A stretch of DNA of 64,000 bases from the IMG/VR virus record IMGVR_UViG_3300027977_000006; one strand, written 5' to 3'. Positions 30,137 to 37,538 of this stretch are shown in pieces. Below the pieces are notes generated by a model that did not search any database, was not told the origin of the DNA, and saw only the letters and a program-made list of their open reading frames with translations. Each line of letters opens with the position of its first letter. Positions within the stretch are counted from its first letter, which is position 1. A program made the position numbers and the translations under genes. The DNA is from a virus. Its lineage: Duplodnaviria; Heunggongvirae; Uroviricota; Caudoviricetes.

Positions 30137-31355
30137 TTAGATTCAAATCAACTCCAGATTCAATTGAATTTACATATTGTGTAAATTCTTTTGCATCACG
30201 AATTCTAATAGATTCAATGTAGTCCTTAATTAAATTTTTATCTCTGTGTCCATTAACTTCAACAATCATTTTTTGCATTGTGTAAGTTGTGTTTTTATTA
30301 ACAGGAAGTCCATTTGCTTTGTCTTGTTCCAACATTGCTTCAATATCTTCAGCATCACCACATGTTAAAAATTTAAATTTTACTCTGTGTTTGCTAACTG
30401 GAAACATAAAATCAAACAAACCTTCGGCATCTGGCTCCGCACCAAAGTTTTTAAACTTTAAAGAATTAAGATTAATTTCAGTATCAAAAGGTTTGTCATT
30501 TTCATCCAACAAGGTAACAGCATAATTCTCACCATAAGCGGTGGCTCTTAACCAAATCATAATAGCATTTCTATCACCAACCAACAAATCACGATATCTT
30601 AATTCTGGTTCCAAAACCTTTCTATTAATCAAAATTTCCAAAAACTCACCACTTTGCAATAAGTTAGGACTTGTTAAAATACTCTCATCAGCTGTTGTCA
30701 TATACGACACTCTGATATTTCCCTTTTTAGAAGGATATGATTTACCTTGAGAAGGCAACGGAATCACGTCAAAAGCAGTGTTAAAATCTGGCTGACTTAA
30801 CGCATGTATGTGTGGGTTTATATTAGATGGGACTTGGCCATAATTTTGTGGTTGCGTCATTGGTTGTTGAACAGGAGCTGAATAAGCCTGTGAAGGTTGT
30901 GAATACTGTTGATACGTATTGTTTTGCATAGGTTGGTTTGTATTTTGTTGATTATTTTGTTTACTTGAAGCCTCATCCACCTGTCTTTGATAATTTTGAA
31001 TCATTGAAGCATTTTTAGCCAAATTTTCGTCACGGAGCCTAATTTGCTCTTCTGACCTTCTTCTAATCTCATCCATTTCTGAATTATTCATGACTGGTCT
31101 TTGTGATACTTCAGCCAATGAAGGGTCTTGAACAAACCCTTGTTGGTTTTTTAATTTAAGCTGTTCTTCAGTCCTTCTTCTCATCATTTCAACAGCACTA
31201 ACATGTCCAGCTGGAGTGTCTTGTGGATGCATTGAATTTGTATATACTTCATTTGTTGCCATTGCTTTTTCAGCTTCAAAAGCTGCTTGTTTTGCTCTTT
31301 CATCAGCAGCTTCTTTTTGTTCCTTGTTTGGGAAAACACTAGGTTTCTTGTCCAT
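30054..31355 (-). CDS. Tail/baseplate hub assembly chaperone, gp26-like, with Q/N-rich N-terminal extension
   Basis: IPLPSQG..Y...MT..DE.IL, L..GD...I...LR...YG, C-terminal FFWP. Confidence 0.7.
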   Translation of the reverse strand: MDKKPSVFPNKEQKEAADERAKQAAFEAEKAMATNEVYTNSMHPQDTPAGHVSAVEMMRRRTEEQLKLKNQQGFVQDPSLAEVSQRPVMNNSEMDEIRRRSEEQIRLRDENLAKNASMIQNYQRQVDEASSKQNNQQNTNQPMQNNTYQQYSQPSQAYSAPVQQPMTQPQNYGQVPSNINPHIHALSQPDFNTAFDVIPLPSQGKSYPSKKGNIRVSYMTTADESILTSPNLLQSGEFLEILINRKVLEPELRYRDLLVGDRNAIMIWLRATAYGENYAVTLLDENDKPFDTEINLNSLKFKNFGAEPDAEGLFDFMFPVSKHRVKFKFLTCGDAEDIEAMLEQDKANGLPVNKNTTYTMQKMIVEVNGHRDKNLIKDYIESIRIRDAKEFTQYVNSIESGVDLNLNVGTPGGGSVETFLPINLNFFWPDFRI

Positions 31356-31430
31356 ATTAAAACTTTTTTAAAATGTTATTACTTTATAATAAATATAGTT
31401 TGCTTAATTTTTTTGTAAATGCTGTAAATA

Positions 31431-31472
31431 AAAAAGGATTATTCAGCGCATAAACACCGAATAATCCTTTTT
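31431..31472 (-). terminator. Hairpin terminator after the tube gene and endonuclease
   Basis: AAAAAGGATTATTC-N14-GAATAATCCTTTTT. Confidence 0.7.
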
Positions 31473-31486
31473 AATATAATACTAAA

Positions 31487-32374
31487 TCATAAACCTAATT
31501 CGTTTTTTAATCTTTTAATAACTTCTTCACGTTTTAAATTAATATCGGTCTCCCAAAAACGTAATAATTTTATTTGTTTATTTTCTGCTATTCTATTTTT
31601 TCTAAAATCATTAGCAACCGTTTTTAATTGTATAGGATATGTTGGTATATTGTGTTTTGTATTTGGGTTGCAATGATAAAAATCACCATCTACCTCAATT
31701 AATATATTATAATTAAAAAGATAAAAATCAAATATTGCAGAACTTATTTGATGTTGAAATTTAAAATCTACGTTTTCAACTAAACCAAAAGACTCTAATA
31801 TTAATTGAAAAGTTTTTTCTAATTTAGTTTTCTTTTTAACATAGTTATTATCTGTTAATCTTTTAATTGTTAATTCTGATTGTTTTAATCTTTCATCTGG
31901 ATTAGACCATCTTATTTTTGATTTTTCTGATAGTTTATTTCTATGTTTTTCTGATTTTGCTACACCACTTAAAGCCTTTGATATGTTTTCACCTCTATTT
32001 GGATTTGACATTACTTTTTGAACATTAGCTCTAACTCTTTTATCATCAATTGTTAACCCTTTATTCCAAATAATCAATTCACCATTTTTATACATTTCTT
32101 TTTGAGTCTCATGTGATTTTTTGATAGCTTCTGGGTTATGCCCCCAGTTATTATAAACCCTAGAAGCATGACCAAGTATATATTCAACAAACCCCTTTTC
32201 TATTGAAAGAAAATTTGTTCTAGAACCACAACCACATTTACATAATGGTGGTCTACCGTCAAGTTTATAGTCAATGTATGTTTGCTCAGCACTAATCTTA
32301 TGTTTTTGTACTCTGTGTCTTCTCAACGAATCCAAAGTTTCAAATTCTCTATTACATTCTTTACATATTAACAT
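31487..32374 (-). CDS. Putative homing endonuclease: C2H2 finger + CxCGCG + NUMOD3 + Vsr/DUF559-like nuclease
   Basis: CKEC...H....H, CKCGCG, KSEKHRNKLS, FDF......IEVDGDFYH...D..KN...LLRFWE. Confidence 0.8.
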   Translation of the reverse strand: MLICKECNREFETLDSLRRHRVQKHKISAEQTYIDYKLDGRPPLCKCGCGSRTNFLSIEKGFVEYILGHASRVYNNWGHNPEAIKKSHETQKEMYKNGELIIWNKGLTIDDKRVRANVQKVMSNPNRGENISKALSGVAKSEKHRNKLSEKSKIRWSNPDERLKQSELTIKRLTDNNYVKKKTKLEKTFQLILESFGLVENVDFKFQHQISSAIFDFYLFNYNILIEVDGDFYHCNPNTKHNIPTYPIQLKTVANDFRKNRIAENKQIKLLRFWETDINLKREEVIKRLKNELGL

Positions 32375-32410
32375 AAAATAAAAATTCTTTTAATATAATT
32401 GTTATTTTTA

Positions 32411-32441
32411 CAAATATACTAAAAGAATCTTTACAAGTCAA
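32411..32441 (-). promoter_or_regulatory. Host-type promoter for the endonuclease
   Basis: TTGACT-N17-TATATTTG. Confidence 0.7.
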
Positions 32442-32470
32442 GTATTTGATAAAGCAATCTTAAATAAAAA

Positions 32471-32959
32471 TCAAAACAAGAGTATAGCTCTGTCAAAACG
32501 CAATGTTGCGGTAATCTCAGCTATACCATCATCATCCATTGATAAGTCACCGAAGCCAACGTTGGTTAACATTGTTCCGTCCAATAACCATTTCTCAACC
32601 ACAACACCAGTCGGGTCAAGCAATTCAAGTTCAACTGGACGCTTGTAACCAGCCGCATAACCTTGACGACCTGTGATAGATTCAGAATGAAGACGTACCC
32701 ATTCCATTATTGCTTGTGAAGCAGAAGGACCAATTGGGTCACGGAAAGTAACATCAATAGCTTCCCATGTAAAACGTCCAATAACCCATGTTGAAGTGTT
32801 AAGGAACGGAATTTCAACCTCATTTTGAGTAATTGATGGTCTGGAAGCAGATGCTAGCCACCATTGTTGAATACCCAAGTCTGCTGGGAAAGTAATAAGC
32901 CAACGATTCTTTTTCTTAGGTTCGTAAGGCAAAGGCATTTTCATTAGTAAATCAGCCAT
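32471..32959 (-). CDS. Tail tube protein, gp19-like
   Basis: EPK..NR, RPS......IPF.N.....G...W..I.VT..D, LDPTG.VVE.W.L, L.FD. Confidence 0.9.
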   Translation of the reverse strand: MADLLMKMPLPYEPKKKNRWLITFPADLGIQQWWLASASRPSITQNEVEIPFLNTSTWVIGRFTWEAIDVTFRDPIGPSASQAIMEWVRLHSESITGRQGYAAGYKRPVELELLDPTGVVVEKWLLDGTMLTNVGFGDLSMDDDGIAEITATLRFDRAILLF

Positions 32960-33104
32960 GTTCTATTTGTTTTAAAAGTTTTTTATTTATTAATAAATAT
33001 ACCGATAATTATTTTTTTCAAATAATATCTCGGTTTACTAATAAATATGTTGTTTTTAAAAAATAAACTTTACATTACGCAATTTTTTTTTAGTATATTA
33101 AAAT

Positions 33105-33395
33105 ATGGAGAATTTTAATTTAACAAAAGATGAGCTACAAGCTCTATACAGAGAAGAACTAAACGATATTTTGGAACAATGTGATTGGATAACCTATGTT
33201 AAACCTGAGCTTATCTGTCTTGTAGTTTCAAACGTAATGAACAAAAAAGGATATGACGTACCATGTTCTGAACTTTATGAACTATATGACACTGAAGTTA
33301 AAAGAATAAACGTAAGTCCAGAAACATGGCAAAAAGAATTTGGTATTGAAGAGATTATCTCAATAATATACGATATCCTGTTAAAAAATTTCTAA
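33105..33395 (+). CDS. Hypothetical protein
   Basis: 96 aa on the opposite strand; TTTACA-N~17-TATATT just upstream. Confidence 0.65.
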   Translation: MENFNLTKDELQALYREELNDILEQCDWITYVKPELICLVVSNVMNKKGYDVPCSELYELYDTEVKRINVSPETWQKEFGIEEIISIIYDILLKNF

Positions 33396-33400
33396 AATAT

Positions 33401-33431
33401 TTGGTGTAATCAAATATTTTTACTACCTTTG
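33401..33431 (+). promoter_or_regulatory. Host-type promoter
   Basis: TTGGTG-N17-TACCTTTG. Confidence 0.65.
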
Positions 33432-33443
33432 TGTAGTAAATAA

Positions 33444-33998
33444 ATGATAATGAAAAGATTATTGTTAATTATCTGCACGATATCAAGTCTATTGTCCTAT
33501 GGTCAAGACTATGAAATGCTTAATTTTATAAACATTTATAGGGTAAAAAATGGTTGTGAATCGGTAATCTACTCTGAAGATTTAGAAAAAATAGCAAAAA
33601 CACAAAATACTTTAAACACTATATCAGATAGCATTGCTCATTCACATAAGGCCAGCGAGATTGCCTTAAAAGGAAACTCTTCACCAGCGACAAAAATTAG
33701 TAGAGATGTTTTTACTAATTTTTTACAAAAGTACTTTAAATTAGATTACAAAGAACCGAAAACAGAAATTGAAGCACTAACATTAACAAAGCTATACTCA
33801 ATTTATCTGTTCAGCACTTCAAAAAACCATAATAATATTCTATTAGGCGAATACAAATATGTTGGTTTTGACTTCGTAGCCAACAATATTAAACTCAAAT
33901 CAAATGTGGTTAAAATAGGTGACAAAGAGTATAAACTAAATAACGTTATATCTCATCACAATGTTAATTTTTACGTTGTAATTAACTTTAAAAAGTAA
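33444..33998 (+). CDS. Secreted CAP/SCP-domain-like protein
   Basis: Signal peptide MKRLLLIICTISSLLSYG|Q; IN.YR...G......L...A, HS, S..H..ILL...Y.YVG. Confidence 0.65.
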   Translation: MIMKRLLLIICTISSLLSYGQDYEMLNFINIYRVKNGCESVIYSEDLEKIAKTQNTLNTISDSIAHSHKASEIALKGNSSPATKISRDVFTNFLQKYFKLDYKEPKTEIEALTLTKLYSIYLFSTSKNHNNILLGEYKYVGFDFVANNIKLKSNVVKIGDKEYKLNNVISHHNVNFYVVINFKK

Positions 33999-35109
33999 AA
34001 CAATTTGCGGAACCTCTTTTAGATTTATTACCACTACACTTTAACTTTATCTTTTTAAATGTTTTGGTAGTTTTTTTATAGGTGCTATTGTCAGCGTCAA
34101 TAACTTTAACCAAATCAAACCTATATTTTTTAACGATTTCTTCTGGTTTTATTATTTCTACAACTTCTTGAGAAAATTCAACAGTAAGTGATACTTTAAC
34201 ATATCTAAATTCAGCTGTCTTTTGTCTTAGCGCTTCAAGCTCAGCTTTATTATTTCTGGCGTTCATAAAATTTCTTGCACTAACAACATCAGAACCATTA
34301 TTAGGTATTTCTCTATGATTTATTTTAACATCACCATTCATTTTATTAATTAAATCAATCATAACGTTGGTCCTCAACTCGGCCAACTTTACGTTACCAG
34401 TTTTGTCGTATTCGGTTTTGTATTTAGGAATTACTTCAGCATCAGTGGAAGATTCAATAACAGCTGAGACAACCTTACCACCTTTTAACTTAATAATGTT
34501 TATAACATCTTCCCAAGCTTTAACACCAGTTTGACTTAACATATAATCGCCAGTAACAAATAAATTATCATTATTCAATTCTATATCTATTGTATCAACT
34601 ATAGTTACTATCTTTTTTTGTTCAACACCTTTTATTGTATCTGTTGAAACATCAGCTTTTTTTAATGCGTATCCTTTTTTAAGTTCACCACTTAAACTTA
34701 CCAAATTGTCAACAACTTTTTGACTAACTCTATATGTCATATCTTTGTCTTTAGCCAATTCATTAAATTTGTTAACAATTTTTTCAGCGTTTTTAGCCAA
34801 TAAAGAATCTGGGTTGCTAATACCTTTTTCGGCAAAGGCTTGAGACAATTCTTTTGTTTTTTGTTCGTCTTCCAAGGTTGATTTTATTTGGGCCATTGTT
34901 TCTGCATTTTGTAGTGCATTTTGAGCACTAGCTTTATTTAAACCAGTCAAACCAACACCCATAAGCATAGCAACACCTAACAAAACTTCTTTGAACCCTT
35001 CTTCCAAGATTTCTTTAGGTTGTTCATCAATTAAACGATTTGTTTGTTCATTTAAAAGAATAGCCTCATATTGCTTATGTGTTATTTTTAACCTTTTCAT
35101 TTTAGCCAA
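33988..35109 (-). CDS. Putative virion protein with an internal signal-like segment and an OmpA-like domain
   Basis: LF.TG.Y.L....SSTD......N..LA..R......R.V; hydrophobic aa 42-57. Confidence 0.6.
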   Translation of the reverse strand: MAKMKRLKITHKQYEAILLNEQTNRLIDEQPKEILEEGFKEVLLGVAMLMGVGLTGLNKASAQNALQNAETMAQIKSTLEDEQKTKELSQAFAEKGISNPDSLLAKNAEKIVNKFNELAKDKDMTYRVSQKVVDNLVSLSGELKKGYALKKADVSTDTIKGVEQKKIVTIVDTIDIELNNDNLFVTGDYMLSQTGVKAWEDVINIIKLKGGKVVSAVIESSTDAEVIPKYKTEYDKTGNVKLAELRTNVMIDLINKMNGDVKINHREIPNNGSDVVSARNFMNARNNKAELEALRQKTAEFRYVKVSLTVEFSQEVVEIIKPEEIVKKYRFDLVKVIDADNSTYKKTTKTFKKIKLKCSGNKSKRGSANCFTF

Positions 35110-37459
35110 ACATGATTTTTTTAATTCTCTTTAATTCTTCAGCAATCAATGGGTTTTGCATTTCATCAACTTGTGTCTCACCACCAGCCTGTTGTGGTGC
35201 TTGTTTAGGTTTTGCACTAGCTGCTTGTTGTTTTTGTTTATGCAAATATTGGAATAAAGACATGGCAACACCTAAGAAATTACTTAAATTCTTTTTAAAT
35301 GTTGTTTTGCTTTGAGCATCCTTCATAAATGACTTGTTAGGTTCAGAAGCATTGTAACCAGCCTCTTCTTCTAATTTGTTTATATTTCCACCACCCAATG
35401 TAGCCATTTTATCAATCATATTACCACCCTTGTAACTACCAGAATAAACTGTTGATAATATTTCTTTCATCATTCCAGCTAACATGTTTACTTCTTGTGG
35501 ATTATCAACATTAACACTAAATAACTTGCTAAAATCAGTTAACATAATAGGATTGCTATCTAATTGTTTTAAGAAACCTAATATAACTTTATCATCGGTT
35601 TTACCTTTTAGTTTTTTAACTAGATTTCTAATATACTCCACTCTGTTTATCAAGTCTTCAAAATTTTTAACTTTTTCAAAAGCCATTGATTTATTCAAAT
35701 ACTGTAAAAGTCGTTTGTCTTTTATATATTTACCCTCACTTACCATATCTGAATCAAATTCCCTAACATAGTTTTTATTAGCAAAAAATCTTTCTCTTCC
35801 ACTTTGTGTTTCACCACCAGTTGCGGCTCTACGGCCACCCTTCATAAATTGTCCAGAGTCATATGTCCTATCACCTCTATTTCCAGCCCCAGATTTACTC
35901 ACCACATCTGTACCTAGCGTATTTCTATTATTAACAACAAACTTAAATAAATTCTTAAGACTGTTGTATAAATTATCTTGAACATTCCCACCACTAGCAG
36001 CACCACCTCCAGTTTCTCCACCTTTAGTTTCTTTATTCTTGCTATCAATTGCTTTAGGGTCTTGAGCCGTGGGTATGTCAACAACTTCACCTTTTGGTTT
36101 TACAACACCAACACCACCTTCAATGTTTCTAATAGATTGATACAAAGCATTAAGTGTTGCTGCTCTTGATGATTTTTGACCCTTCATTCTCATAAGTTTT
36201 ACAAGTGCACCAGCAGCAATCAAACCAATTCCAATAGGACCTAACGCAGCACCCAAACCTTTTGCCACCGCATAACCAGCACCAACTTTTACACCAGTTT
36301 TCATAACAACCTTTGGAACCATTTGAACAATTGTATTAACAACCATTCCTTTTAATCCACCGCCAGTTTGTGTTACCAAAAGGTCACCAACTTGTTTTCC
36401 AGTTCCATCCAATTCACCTTGAAACATTTGTCCCAAGTTATTGCCATATGCACTTGGGTTTTGTGCGATTGCTTCTAAAGCTTGTTTTGCACCTTCAGGA
36501 TTTACAAATATACCGCCATCAGCACTTAAAGCATCAATACCAGCTTGCAAATCACCACCTCCCAATTGTTTAACACCGTCTAAGAAATCTTGTGGTGATG
36601 AATTTGGGTTTAAATTCAATCCGTTTAATCTATTCATTATTTGTGTCATACCTTCTCCAGGTTTTATTGACGCAAACACATCTGATTTCTTTTCAACCAA
36701 TTCTTTAATATATTCAATTGAAGGGTTTTGAGTTATTTCTTCAAATAAACTTCTAAACCAATCAGTATTAACCAACCAACTAAGACCACCTAACGCTGAA
36801 CCAACACCAGCTAATGTTAATGGTAATCTATTAGATTTAAGTGTATCCATTCTAGTACTAGCAAAATCTTCACCGCTATCACCCCTTTTTGCTTGTAATT
36901 GTTGTCTAACGTCACTAGCTTCAACTTCATCTAATTGTTCAACCTCTTCTTCATTAACTGTTGAATAAACAGCAGCCAAATCTACATCTAAAAATTTTTT
37001 AACATATTCTCTTAAATCGTTTATTACGCCATTAGCCGCATCTACAGGAAGATAACCTTCTTCATTTGGATTCTTATTTGTTGATGCAACAACAGAGTCA
37101 TAAACAGCAGCAATGCTCATTACAGTTGATAAAAACTGTTCTGGTTCCTTATTGTTTGGAAACTCTGGGTTCTCTTGTCTAATGGTATCATCTAATTGCT
37201 TGATAACCGCATTACCTTGCTTATCAATTATTTGTTGTATTTTTCTAGCGGCTTCTTGGTCAACTTTTCCTTTGCCAAATATTTTACCACCAGCTTTATA
37301 TCTTCCAAGTTTTGATAAACCATATTTTACGGTATCCATCAAACCTTCATTTACATTACCATTAGACTCAATGTTATTTATTTTATCTAATGTTTCTTTA
37401 AGAATTTGACTAACAATAACAGCATGTTGTTGTTCAGTTAAGATTAATTTCTTTGACAT
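35102..37459 (-). CDS. Putative internal head/ejection protein with hydrophobic segments
   Basis: 785 aa; KKLILTEQQ leader, two Gly/Ala hydrophobic stretches, terminal LIAEELKRIKKIM; preceded by TATTTATA. Confidence 0.55.
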   Translation of the reverse strand: MSKKLILTEQQHAVIVSQILKETLDKINNIESNGNVNEGLMDTVKYGLSKLGRYKAGGKIFGKGKVDQEAARKIQQIIDKQGNAVIKQLDDTIRQENPEFPNNKEPEQFLSTVMSIAAVYDSVVASTNKNPNEEGYLPVDAANGVINDLREYVKKFLDVDLAAVYSTVNEEEVEQLDEVEASDVRQQLQAKRGDSGEDFASTRMDTLKSNRLPLTLAGVGSALGGLSWLVNTDWFRSLFEEITQNPSIEYIKELVEKKSDVFASIKPGEGMTQIMNRLNGLNLNPNSSPQDFLDGVKQLGGGDLQAGIDALSADGGIFVNPEGAKQALEAIAQNPSAYGNNLGQMFQGELDGTGKQVGDLLVTQTGGGLKGMVVNTIVQMVPKVVMKTGVKVGAGYAVAKGLGAALGPIGIGLIAAGALVKLMRMKGQKSSRAATLNALYQSIRNIEGGVGVVKPKGEVVDIPTAQDPKAIDSKNKETKGGETGGGAASGGNVQDNLYNSLKNLFKFVVNNRNTLGTDVVSKSGAGNRGDRTYDSGQFMKGGRRAATGGETQSGRERFFANKNYVREFDSDMVSEGKYIKDKRLLQYLNKSMAFEKVKNFEDLINRVEYIRNLVKKLKGKTDDKVILGFLKQLDSNPIMLTDFSKLFSVNVDNPQEVNMLAGMMKEILSTVYSGSYKGGNMIDKMATLGGGNINKLEEEAGYNASEPNKSFMKDAQSKTTFKKNLSNFLGVAMSLFQYLHKQKQQAASAKPKQAPQQAGGETQVDEMQNPLIAEELKRIKKIMFG

Positions 37460-37491
37460 GATTTTTTTTATTATAAATATCAGCTTAAAAC

Positions 37492-37520
37492 AAAAAAAAA
37501 CCCCTAAATTAGGGGTTTTT
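37492..37520 (-). terminator. Intrinsic terminator after the sheath gene
   Basis: AAAAACCCCTAA-A-TTAGGGGTTTTT. Confidence 0.85.
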
Positions 37521-37538
37521 ATGTTTTGAGTTTAATTA

